Of a DNA stretch of 64,000 nt, positions 8,792-17,588 are shown piece by piece. Location of the stretch: positions 22,179 through 86,178 of the forward strand of contig DJZU01000095.1 in assembly GCA_002448715.1 (NCBI GenBank), read 5' to 3'. The position numbers were made by a program, and so were the translations under genes. Below the pieces are notes generated by a model that did not search any database, was not told the origin of the DNA, and worked only from the letters and a program-made list of their open reading frames with translations. Numbering within the stretch: position 1 is the stretch's first letter; the number at the start of each line of letters is the position of its first letter. Source of the stretch: Candidatus Neomicrothrix sp. UBA6944 (GTDB lineage Bacteria > Actinomycetota > Acidimicrobiia > Acidimicrobiales > Poriferisodalaceae).

Positions 8792-9558
8792 TAGAGAACT
8801 CCGAGTTCTTCGAGAAGGTCCACAATCTTGGGGGCGGCGTCGCTGCTCGTGCCAAGAATCTCTGTTTCGATTACCGTCTCTTCGGGTTGATGAAGTCGTC
8901 TGCGCTGTTGGGCTCCCGGGGCGACCTGCGTCTCCCGTGCCGAGATTTCAGCTTTTTTAGAGGCCAGACGGCCTTTCATCGTTGGATATCGAGGCAGGTT
9001 GATCCCCTCCTTAACGCCGAGCACGGCAGGGATCTCAAGGGAATAGACCTCGTAACCTCCGTCCACTTCGCGACGCGCTGTAACACCCTGCACCCCAACT
9101 TCGATACCTTTGATTCCATTGACCGCTGGCCGACCCAAAGCGACCGCTACTCTGATTCCGACCTGATGACCTCCAGAGTCCGCCGATTCGTTTCCAAAAA
9201 GAATCAAATCAAATTGGCCTTGATCTGCCTCGAGCTCGGCGATGCTTTCGATGATGGCATCGGCTGTCTGTTGTGGGTCCCAATCAATTCCAGTGTCGTT
9301 GGACACTAGGACGAAGGCAGTGGCTCCGACACTCGCTGCATAGCGCAGTTGTTCTTCAGCCTCGGAAGGCCCCACCGTGAGGACCGTAACTCCACCGCCG
9401 TGTTGTTCGACGATCTGAGCTGCCTCCTCGACAGCACATTCCTCATGGGGACTAGTCGTAAAACCCAAATGGTTCGTATCCACGTTGAGCGAGTCCGGCG
9501 TAACGTTGATTCTTGACCCAGGCGCTGGAACGCGCTTTACGCACACAAGTATCCGCAT
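8791..9558 (-). CDS. etfB: Electron transfer flavoprotein beta subunit
   Basis: MRILVCVKRVP... is a typical EtfB N-terminus. 255 aa, and it overlaps etfA by 1 nt. Confidence 0.9.
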   Translation of the reverse strand: MRILVCVKRVPAPGSRINVTPDSLNVDTNHLGFTTSPHEECAVEEAAQIVEQHGGGVTVLTVGPSEAEEQLRYAASVGATAFVLVSNDTGIDWDPQQTADAIIESIAELEADQGQFDLILFGNESADSGGHQVGIRVAVALGRPAVNGIKGIEVGVQGVTARREVDGGYEVYSLEIPAVLGVKEGINLPRYPTMKGRLASKKAEISARETQVAPGAQQRRRLHQPEETVIETEILGTSSDAAPKIVDLLEELGVL

Positions 9559-9590
9559 TTATTTTCCTCGCCCCCTACTGTCTGCTGTCC

Positions 9591-12122
9591 TCAAGCCTTC
9601 ATCCGACCGTTGTCAGGGTCAAACACTGCCAGATTCGCCCCGGTCGCCTCCACTGTTACCGGATACAGCTCGTTTTGATACATAACCTGGAGCTTCGTTC
9701 CCCGATCACAAGCTTCGATGGGGAGATACGCCATCAGTAGATATTTACCGACCGAAGGTGCGTTTCCGGCCGTAGTTACTCGGCTCACTCGGCCTTTGGC
9801 ATCAACGAGACGTTCACCGGAGAGTGACAGGACTGGTTCGTTCCCGGCTCCCATAGGGAACCGCAAGTAGCCGGCCTCGCAATTAAGATCGTCTATGGAC
9901 AAGACGCAGAGTTGCGCACACAGGTCTGAATCTCGTGCCTTTAAGTATTCCGCCTTGCCGATGAAGTCTGCGGCCTTGACCTTTGGTCGAGCTAACCCTG
10001 CCTCGACGGGGTTGTATTCGTTTTCAAGTTCTGCGCCCATCAGTCGGTAACCCTTCTCCAGCCGGCCACTCGTCCCGTATACGGCTGCCCCCACCGGGCG
10101 AAGGTCACATGCGCCTCCGACTTCCATGATGGCGTCCCAGAGTGCCTGGCCGTGCTGCATCGCAGCGTAGATCTCGAATCCGCTATCACCGACGTAGGAG
10201 ACTCTAAACATTTCCGTCGGAAGGCCGGCCAACAGAACCTGCTGACAGGAACCGTAGGGAAATGCTGCTTGGTTGAGGTCTGTTTCAGTAATAGTGGCAA
10301 GTACTTCGACCGCCTTAGGCCCCCAAAGACCCAACGTGCAGATGGCATTTGTCCGATTTTCAAATTGGACGGACCCATCTCCGGGAAGATTATGGCGGAA
10401 CCAATACTCATCTCGGCCACCGTCGAAGGCGCCAGTGATAATACGAAAGCGACTCTCGGTAAGCCTCAGGATCGTTAGATCGGACCGGAAACCGCCTGAT
10501 GGGTTGAGCACTGGGGTGTAAATCGACCCGCCCACAGCCACGTCACATTTATTTACCACCATGTGTTCGATGTAGGGAAGAACTCCCGGACCTGAGACCT
10601 CAAAAATCTGAAAGGCCGAAAGGTCAACAATGCCAACGTGATCTCGCAGGTGGAGATGTTCTGCGTCCGAGATCGGGGACCACCACCGGCTATCCCACTC
10701 GTGCTGTCGCCCCTGTATCCCATAGGCATCTACTAAGTCTTGATTCGACTCATACCAGTGTGGGCGTTCCCAGCCTCCTGCCTCAAAATAGAACGCGTCA
10801 AGAGCGTCTGTTCGGGACTTGACTGGCCCAACGGTGACATCGCGTCGGCTGGCCCATTGCTCGCGTGGGTGCACAATCCCGTAGGTCTTGTTGAAATGCT
10901 CGTCGCATCGGGCCTCGATGTGGTGAACGTTCCGCTGGTGGGGGTAGAAGCGAGCGATATCGGCTCCGTGGGGATCAGTGAAATGTGGGTACCCGTCAGT
11001 CATCCACTCAGCAACAAGACGTCCGACGCCGGGTCCTTCTTTGATCCAGACTGCTGCAGCGGACCACAGGTTTTCCACCTCGACGGTGGGCCCGAGGACG
11101 GGATTCGCATCGGGCGTAAGAGAAAGAAGTCCATTGATGGCGTATTTGATCTCACCATCACCAAGAAACTCCATTAGCTCTATTGCTTCTTCCATCTGTT
11201 GGTCGAAGTCATCCGCAGTGAAGGGCATTTCGGTGGGACTCAACGCAGCTTCCTCATTTGAAGGGATCTCGTCTACCCGGTGAAGAATTGGCCGATGTGC
11301 GTAGGAGCCGACCTCCATGGACCCTGCGGTTTGGCGTTCGTAACAGAAGGTGTCCATGTCGCGCACTATTGGATAGGCCAACTCTTGCTGTGTTTCAACC
11401 AGTACGTCGAATGGCCCGACGTCGGCCATCTGATGAACCGCAGGTGTCAACGGGATCGTAGCTCCTGCCATCTCAGCAAGGCGCGGGCTCCAGACACCGC
11501 ATGCGATGACCACCGTTTCGCATTCGATCCTCCCCTTGTCGGTGAGAACAGCAGTGATCTTCGGCTTGTTGGTTCCGTGGGCCGTCTCGATGTCAATAAC
11601 TTCCGTATTGGCAAAGACCTCTAAATGGCCGGCTTCTTGGGCCTTTTTGCGCATTTGAGTGCCCGTTTCTAACGAGTCGACGGCGCTTACGCTCGGGGTG
11701 TAGAAGCCGCCCAAAATTACGTCTTCCGAAATAAAGGGCACCAGGTCCTTGACCTCCGCAGGGCTGAGTAAGGTCGACGGAATTCCCCAACATTTAGCCG
11801 AGGTCATTCGGCGTTTGAACTCTTCCATCCGTTCTTCTGAGCGCGCTACTTCGATTCCTCCACAGGTGTTTTGGAGGCCGAGCTTTTCGTACTGCCGTTG
11901 GCTCTCCAGTGTCAGATCGACTATTTCCTTTGAGTGATCGCACGGGAAAATGAAGTTGGATGCGTGTCCCGTGGAGCCGCCCGGATTCGGCAAGGGACCT
12001 TTGTCGAGAAGCACGATGTCTTCCCACCCCATATCACTGAGGTGCCCGACCAAGCAGTTGCCCACTATCCCGGCGCCGATTACAACACAGCGGGCTCTCG
12101 ATGGAAATTCGCTCACTCTCAA
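9591..12122 (-). CDS. Dimethylglycine/sarcosine dehydrogenase family protein (FAD oxidoreductase fused to a GcvT-like THF-binding aminomethyltransferase domain)
   Basis: 843 aa. It has an N-terminal Rossmann fold, VVIGAGIVGNCLVGHL...LLDKG. The C-terminal half is GcvT-like (FEVSGPG..., SYVGDSGFEIY). It lies directly upstream of etfBA on the same strand. Confidence 0.8.
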   Translation of the reverse strand: MRVSEFPSRARCVVIGAGIVGNCLVGHLSDMGWEDIVLLDKGPLPNPGGSTGHASNFIFPCDHSKEIVDLTLESQRQYEKLGLQNTCGGIEVARSEERMEEFKRRMTSAKCWGIPSTLLSPAEVKDLVPFISEDVILGGFYTPSVSAVDSLETGTQMRKKAQEAGHLEVFANTEVIDIETAHGTNKPKITAVLTDKGRIECETVVIACGVWSPRLAEMAGATIPLTPAVHQMADVGPFDVLVETQQELAYPIVRDMDTFCYERQTAGSMEVGSYAHRPILHRVDEIPSNEEAALSPTEMPFTADDFDQQMEEAIELMEFLGDGEIKYAINGLLSLTPDANPVLGPTVEVENLWSAAAVWIKEGPGVGRLVAEWMTDGYPHFTDPHGADIARFYPHQRNVHHIEARCDEHFNKTYGIVHPREQWASRRDVTVGPVKSRTDALDAFYFEAGGWERPHWYESNQDLVDAYGIQGRQHEWDSRWWSPISDAEHLHLRDHVGIVDLSAFQIFEVSGPGVLPYIEHMVVNKCDVAVGGSIYTPVLNPSGGFRSDLTILRLTESRFRIITGAFDGGRDEYWFRHNLPGDGSVQFENRTNAICTLGLWGPKAVEVLATITETDLNQAAFPYGSCQQVLLAGLPTEMFRVSYVGDSGFEIYAAMQHGQALWDAIMEVGGACDLRPVGAAVYGTSGRLEKGYRLMGAELENEYNPVEAGLARPKVKAADFIGKAEYLKARDSDLCAQLCVLSIDDLNCEAGYLRFPMGAGNEPVLSLSGERLVDAKGRVSRVTTAGNAPSVGKYLLMAYLPIEACDRGTKLQVMYQNELYPVTVEATGANLAVFDPDNGRMKA

Positions 12123-12350
12123 TCCTTTAGTTACGCAAAAGCAGTAGTCGGAGGCTAGCTCTTACGGGCATCCCTTAGGCAACAAGAAGCTCTCTGCCCG
12201 CGCTTTAGACCAAGGACCTGCCTGAACCGCGAATTCTGTATGATGGAACAATTCCGTACAGTGAAACAGTATTGGGCCCAGGGTCACACTGTTCAAGGAA
12301 CGTTTCTGGTCCCGTCCTCAGGCGTGACAGTTATGGGAGAGGTGAGCTCC

Positions 12351-14048
12351 ATGTCGATACCAAGCGATCTGGAAATCGCTAGCCAAGCACAGTTGCGGCC
12401 TTTGAGTGACGTCGCGTCCTCAATGGGGATTCCGCTGGACAATCTGGAGCTATACGGAACCGGGTCCGCGAAGATTCAACTAGAAGCAATTGAAGAGCTT
12501 TCCCAGCGGCCAACTGCGAAATACGTGGTGGTGTCTGCTATTACTCCGACGCCGCTTGGAGAGGGAAAGACCACTACGACGGTCGGGCTAGGGCAGGCTT
12601 TTAGCCACATCGGTAAATCCGCGACGATAGCGATCCGTCAACCGTCTATGGGACCCACCTTTGGGATAAAGGGCGGAGCGGCCGGTGGCGGCTACAGCCA
12701 GGTTGTACCGATGGAACTGTTCAATCTTCACTTAACCGGCGACATGCACGCTGTGACTGCCGCCCACAACATGTGCGCTGCCGTGTTGGATGCGCATCTT
12801 TTCCACGGCAATCAACTCGGTCTTGACCTCCACAACATCACTTGGCGACGCGTCCTTGATGTCAATGACCGGGCTTTGCGAAACGTGACTCTCGGGCTTG
12901 GCGGTCGCCTTGACGGCATCCCTCGCGAGAGCGGATTTGATATCACCGCAGCCTCGGAAGTAATGGCGGCGTTGGCGCTTGCGACATCGCTACAAGATCT
13001 TCGCCAAAAGATGGGCAACATCGTCGTCGGCTACACCAAGGACAACACGCCTGTAACCGCAGAAGATCTCGGTGTCGCTGGCGCCATGACAGTCATCCTA
13101 AAAGAGGCCGTTAAACCGAACCTTATGCAGACCCTTGAAGGCACGCCGGCGTTAGTACACACGGGACCCTTTGGAAACATAGCGACTGGTAACTCTTCCA
13201 TCGTTGCTGATCAGATCGGCATCAAGTCTGGTGACTTCCTCTTGACCGAAGCTGGTTTCGGCGCTGATATGGGCGCTGAACGATTTTTCAACATCAAATG
13301 CCGCTACTCAGGGTTAAATCCAGATGCCGCTGTTCTTGTTGCCACTGTGAGGGGACTCAAAGCCCATTCCGGTAAACACAAGATTGTGGCTGGGCGACCA
13401 TTGCCTGGGGCCCTCCTGCAGGAGAATCCAGATGAGGTTCACGCCGGCGGTGACAATTTACGTAAACAATTGGAGAATATGCAGATCCATGGAGTTACTC
13501 CAGTAGTCGCAATCAACACCTTCCCAGATGACAAAGAGAAGGATCTTCAAGCGATAGTCGAGATCGCCGAGGAATACGGGGCTCGCTCTGCAAGATGTAC
13601 GCACTTTGCAGATGGCGGCATTGGTGCGACGACCCTCGCTGAAGCCGTCGACGAGGCAGCCTCGGAACCGAGTTCATTTGCTCCGCTCTATGAGGACGCC
13701 CTCCCGTTACGCGACAAAATAACGACAGTTGCCCAGCGCATCTATGGCGCGCAAGGCGTGTCGTTCAGTTCCAAAGCCAACAAACAGCTCGATAACTATG
13801 AGGCAAATGGGTTCGGCAATCTGCCGGTCTGTGTCGCCAAAACGCATCTCTCGATTTCTTCGGACCCGAAGCTTCTCGGTGCGCCCACCGGATGGACTCT
13901 TCCAGTGCGCGAAGTACGGGCATCAGTCGGCGCGGGTTTTGTGTACCCAATTTGTGGTGACATGAGGACCATGCCTGGATTGGGAAAAAGTCCCGCGGCC
14001 CACCAAATTGATATCGACGGCGACGGAAATGTCGTCGGTTTAAGCTGA
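12351..14048 (+). CDS. fhs: Formate--tetrahydrofolate ligase
   Basis: The FTHFS P-loop PTPLGEGKTTTTVGL is present. With an ATG at 12351, preceded by RBS GGGAGAGGTGAG, the length of 565 aa fits the family. The 12240 start in the track adds a non-homologous 37 aa. Confidence 0.93.
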   Translation: MSIPSDLEIASQAQLRPLSDVASSMGIPLDNLELYGTGSAKIQLEAIEELSQRPTAKYVVVSAITPTPLGEGKTTTTVGLGQAFSHIGKSATIAIRQPSMGPTFGIKGGAAGGGYSQVVPMELFNLHLTGDMHAVTAAHNMCAAVLDAHLFHGNQLGLDLHNITWRRVLDVNDRALRNVTLGLGGRLDGIPRESGFDITAASEVMAALALATSLQDLRQKMGNIVVGYTKDNTPVTAEDLGVAGAMTVILKEAVKPNLMQTLEGTPALVHTGPFGNIATGNSSIVADQIGIKSGDFLLTEAGFGADMGAERFFNIKCRYSGLNPDAAVLVATVRGLKAHSGKHKIVAGRPLPGALLQENPDEVHAGGDNLRKQLENMQIHGVTPVVAINTFPDDKEKDLQAIVEIAEEYGARSARCTHFADGGIGATTLAEAVDEAASEPSSFAPLYEDALPLRDKITTVAQRIYGAQGVSFSSKANKQLDNYEANGFGNLPVCVAKTHLSISSDPKLLGAPTGWTLPVREVRASVGAGFVYPICGDMRTMPGLGKSPAAHQIDIDGDGNVVGLS

Positions 14049-14057
14049 GGGAGTGCG

Positions 14058-14927
14058 GTGTCGGTCTTCCCGAGCAAGGAACTGCCAGGCGACAAGGCCC
14101 ACCGCCGTGAGCTACTGGATCGAGCCCGCTTTGAGGTGATCCCTTTAAAGAATCTTACGAACCAGCTCCCCTTTCTGCCGCCCGGCACGGAGGTATCGGT
14201 CACCGCGTCTCCCGCAAAGACACTTGAGGACACTTGGTCGCTGAGCCGTGATTTGTTCGAAATGGGGATGAAACCGATTCCCCATTTGGCGGCCCGAATG
14301 ATCACGAGTCGAAATCAGCTTCGGATGTTGATTGAGCAGTTACCCGATATCGGGGCCTCAGAAATATTTCTGGTTGCCGGCGACGCGCCGGAGCCGTTCG
14401 GGCCGTTTACCGATTCCCTGCAAGCGCTCGAAACCATTCTCGAGTTAAACCATGGACTGACCCATATTGGGGTCAGTGCATATCCCGATGGCCACTCCCT
14501 CATTGATTCACGGGTGCTTTCGGAGAGCCTCCACAAAAAGGAGGCGTTTCTGCAAGCCAGCGACATCGAAGGGCATGCAGCGACCCAAATGTGCTTCGAT
14601 CCAAGCACCATTCGTAGCTGGCTTTCCGAAGAGCGCAAGGGCGGGCTGGCTTTACCAGTGCATTTGGGCATCCCAGGAGTCGTTGAGCGCACGAAGTTGC
14701 TGTCAGTCGGCGCAAAGCTAGGGGTCGGAGCCTCGCTACGTTTCCTCAAGAAAAATCGTGCAACCCTGACGCGGATGTTCGCTCCAGGTGGATATAACCC
14801 CGACAAGCTCCTGGGGCCGCTAAATCCTGATCTCAAACAACTCGGAGTCGAAGGGCTACACGTTTTCACGTTTAATCAGGTGCAAAGCACGGTCGCTTGG
14901 CGCGCGCAGGCACTTGCCCGAAGTTGA
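14058..14927 (+). CDS. metF: Methylenetetrahydrofolate reductase
   Basis: 289 aa with MetF-like TIM-barrel sequence (EVSVTASP..., FLVAGD..., HLGIPGV). The GTG start is preceded by GGGAG. Confidence 0.75.
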   Translation: MSVFPSKELPGDKAHRRELLDRARFEVIPLKNLTNQLPFLPPGTEVSVTASPAKTLEDTWSLSRDLFEMGMKPIPHLAARMITSRNQLRMLIEQLPDIGASEIFLVAGDAPEPFGPFTDSLQALETILELNHGLTHIGVSAYPDGHSLIDSRVLSESLHKKEAFLQASDIEGHAATQMCFDPSTIRSWLSEERKGGLALPVHLGIPGVVERTKLLSVGAKLGVGASLRFLKKNRATLTRMFAPGGYNPDKLLGPLNPDLKQLGVEGLHVFTFNQVQSTVAWRAQALARS

Positions 14928-14945
14928 ATTTCTAACAGATGGGGG

Positions 14946-16160
14946 TTACTCGGCCCCCAACACGTCTATGCGTAGAACGTGCTCAAGGTTTTGTAAGGAG
15001 TTTATGGTCGAAGCCGTCGGTGTTTGGGACACTCGGATCGTAGCCATGGCCGCTGTCGGCCCATCGCCCTGAAAGATCTCGTTACGCATCTGTTGAACAT
15101 TTATGCCGGCACTACGGAGACAAGACAGAACGCCTGCCAGGACACCAACCTCGTCGCGGTGGCGAACCGCTATTGCGCACTCCCCTAGCGGTCGGCTGGC
15201 GATATTGACGCAATTTTGCGGAAGGCCGAGTTCGTATTCTCTAATGGTGTCTAAGACACCGTTGGCGATCGCTTCCCGCGCCTGGCTGGTTGAGGCGCCA
15301 ATATGATGAGTTCCCACAAAGTTTGGGTGGCCACTAAAAGGCGACCTCCAATCTGTGGTACCAGCTTTGGGTTCCGACACATATACGTCCAAACCAACGC
15401 GAATTTCACGTTCGTTCATAGCTTTTAGAAGGTCCTGTTCGTTGACAAGACCCCCACGAGAAGTGTTGATCAACATGGCGCCCGGATGCATGTCGCTGAG
15501 AAAGTCGCCGTTGACTAGATTCTGCGTGTCCGCAGTTAGAGGAAGGTGAAGAGTAACAATATCGGCAGCGCCGAGTAGCTCTTCCCGAGTCTGGTGCATC
15601 TGAACTTCCAAATCCTCAATTTTTTGTTCAGTTGTGGCGTCCCGATGCGTGCTTGCGAGGGCATGAAGGGAAAGTCCGAATCCTTTTGCTCGAGTGGCTA
15701 CCTCTAGCCCTATGTTTCCGAGACCAAATATCGCCAACGCTTGACCCTTCAGGCCGCGCGCCTGCGAGTACCGCTCCTTGTTCCAAACGCCGGTACCGAA
15801 ATCAGCATTGGCTGCTGGGATCTGGCGATCGATCGCGATGATCAACCCCATAGTCAATTCGGCGACAGCTACGGCGTTTTGTCCGGGCACGTTACACACG
15901 TAGATTCCGGCCGCGCTTGCCGCGTCGACGTCAATAGTGTCGGTACCTGCTCCTGCTCGAATGATCAGCCCGAGTTGCGGTGCCGCTGAGATCACATCGG
16001 CGTTGACAACGGAGCTTCTAACAACGATAACGTCAGCGCGTTCGACGTTACTGACAAGGTTTTCACGCTCTACCGATGAGAGGGACGTGCAGCTATGGCC
16101 CAGTGCCTCAAGCTCTGCAACGAAGCCGTCTTCGGCCGAATCCACAAGGACTATCTGCAC
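14946..16160 (-). CDS. D-isomer-specific 2-hydroxyacid dehydrogenase, phosphoglycerate dehydrogenase-like, with a C-terminal ACT-like domain
   Basis: NAD Rossmann motif GLGNIGLEVA is present. The catalytic region reads NTSRGGLV...HIGAST. The C-terminal ~75 aa resembles an ACT domain. Confidence 0.75.
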   Translation of the reverse strand: MQIVLVDSAEDGFVAELEALGHSCTSLSSVERENLVSNVERADVIVVRSSVVNADVISAAPQLGLIIRAGAGTDTIDVDAASAAGIYVCNVPGQNAVAVAELTMGLIIAIDRQIPAANADFGTGVWNKERYSQARGLKGQALAIFGLGNIGLEVATRAKGFGLSLHALASTHRDATTEQKIEDLEVQMHQTREELLGAADIVTLHLPLTADTQNLVNGDFLSDMHPGAMLINTSRGGLVNEQDLLKAMNEREIRVGLDVYVSEPKAGTTDWRSPFSGHPNFVGTHHIGASTSQAREAIANGVLDTIREYELGLPQNCVNIASRPLGECAIAVRHRDEVGVLAGVLSCLRSAGINVQQMRNEIFQGDGPTAAMATIRVSQTPTASTINSLQNLEHVLRIDVLGAE

Positions 16161-16218
16161 AGCAACCCTATGGGGCTAGTTACTGACTCTGTGCAGTCGC
16201 GCAAAGCGGCGTGGTATG

Positions 16219-16539
16219 TCATGTCACTAACTCACGGACGTCACCCACCACTAGGAGCAGAAGGAGTACAACAACCGAAACGTTGATGACGGTCATTGGC
16301 CATTTCCATTTACGATCACCGCTCCAAAATCGGTGGATGCTTAGAAGGTTCGCTCCTATAGCCACGAGACCAAGAGTAAGGCCAAGCCATGGCCCGACAC
16401 CAGTCCCCACACCTGCCAAAGGAGCTAGGAAAGGCAGAATCACGTAGGTGAGTCCGCAGCGAATTCCAGAGATGACCATGGATACGCTGAAGGTTCTGGT
16501 TTCAGCCTCTGACATTGAGGCCACAACTGCTTTGCTCAT
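16219..16539 (-). CDS. Small integral membrane protein, unknown function
   Basis: 106 aa with three hydrophobic segments. It overlaps the upstream lipid-kinase gene by 4 nt. Confidence 0.5.
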   Translation of the reverse strand: MSKAVVASMSEAETRTFSVSMVISGIRCGLTYVILPFLAPLAGVGTGVGPWLGLTLGLVAIGANLLSIHRFWSGDRKWKWPMTVINVSVVVLLLLLVVGDVRELVT

Positions 16540-17501
16540 TTGTCGGTATCTCTAGCCTCACTCGCGGGCACATGACCAACTGATGCGCCTGCTACCCGCA
16601 GTCCTCCAGACACAACCGTAACTGTTTGTGGTAAAGAACCCACATCCTCTCCATCGGCTCGGAGGCTGCAAGTTTGGGAGGAGTCTGCATCGATGATCTG
16701 GACCTCAAACTCAGTACCGGAGATGATCTCAACCGCTGGGTGGTTGATGTGAGCGCCCTTGAAGGTCTTGGGAAGCATGCGAAGCAGCGTGAGTGCGGAA
16801 GTGTTACGGATTATGACTAAGTCAGCTGTCCCGCTTGAGGCGTGGGCATCGGGTGCTATCTGCATTCCTCCTCCAAATGCTCGGGTATTGGCAATTGCAA
16901 TCATGAGACACGTGCCAGCGATGGTGGCGTCGTCAACAGTTATCTGAAACTCGTACCGTTGAAGGCGGAGAAGTTTCGTCAAGGTAGCCACGGTGTACTT
17001 GAGTGGGCCGCGTGGCCATTTCATAGCGTCCGCTCTGATGTTGACGGCCGCCGAAAAGCCGGCCGTAGCAATTGAAGCGCCGTACCGGGTCTTGCCAGCT
17101 TCGGATTCAAATTTCAGTATGTCGCAGGGCTGAGCTGCGGTCATGGCGGCTTGTGTTGCCTCTTCGGTGTTAGTTGGCAGGTTCAGTCCCAACGCAAAGT
17201 CATTCCCGGTTCCTGCAGGCACGATTCCAAGAGTGGCCTGGGTTTCGGCGCAACCTTGAGCGACATAGTGAATAAATCCGTCGCCACCTACAGCGACTAT
17301 CCGCTTCTGTGTCGATACCGCTTCACGGACCAGGGAATCAGTGGATGCTACGTCAGGCGGCATTACATGTTGTACCCGATATCCGGCCCGTTCCAGATAG
17401 GTCTGAACCTCGTACCCTGCCGCTTCTGCTCGCCCTCGATTCGCTACAGCGTTAGTCATAAGAAGAACATCCAAATCGCATTCTGGGCGCAGTTGGCTCA
17501 T
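16536..17501 (-). CDS. Diacylglycerol kinase-family lipid kinase (YegS/DAGK catalytic domain)
   Basis: VAVGGDGFIH and PAGTGNDFA motifs are present. Confidence 0.8.
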   Translation of the reverse strand: MSQLRPECDLDVLLMTNAVANRGRAEAAGYEVQTYLERAGYRVQHVMPPDVASTDSLVREAVSTQKRIVAVGGDGFIHYVAQGCAETQATLGIVPAGTGNDFALGLNLPTNTEEATQAAMTAAQPCDILKFESEAGKTRYGASIATAGFSAAVNIRADAMKWPRGPLKYTVATLTKLLRLQRYEFQITVDDATIAGTCLMIAIANTRAFGGGMQIAPDAHASSGTADLVIIRNTSALTLLRMLPKTFKGAHINHPAVEIISGTEFEVQIIDADSSQTCSLRADGEDVGSLPQTVTVVSGGLRVAGASVGHVPASEARDTDK

Positions 17502-17588
17502 CTGAAGACTTTCGGTTGCTACGGTGACCTAAACGTTTTGACAACGGTCGCGTTTGATTAGGTATCTTCTAGCTCATAAGGGGTTGAA

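Noticed and set aside
12240-12350. Upstream start for fhs (MMEQFRTVKQYW...), and a possible ZTP/THF-type riboswitch in the fhs leader
   Set aside because: The extra 37 aa are not FTHFS-like, and the ATG at 12351 has a strong RBS. I looked for the ZTP (pfl) hallmark CCGCCUGGGC-type 3' element and did not see it. A covariance-model scan would be needed to exclude any riboswitch.
14046-14060. In-frame TGA between fhs and metF (same reading frame) as a possible third Sec codon
   Set aside because: FTHFS ends at its normal C-terminus (...GNVVGLS). The spacer contains a GGGAG RBS for the metF GTG. No Cys-type motif or hairpin is evident, so this is an ordinary stop.
13796-14869. Long antisense ORFs (169 aa and 184 aa) opposite fhs/metF. 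Similar ones lie opposite modB (41887..42342), the hydantoinase gene (51135..52634) and proW (59287..59826).
   Set aside because: All lie antisense to confidently identified genes. They have Arg/Ser/Pro-rich composition and no recognisable motifs.
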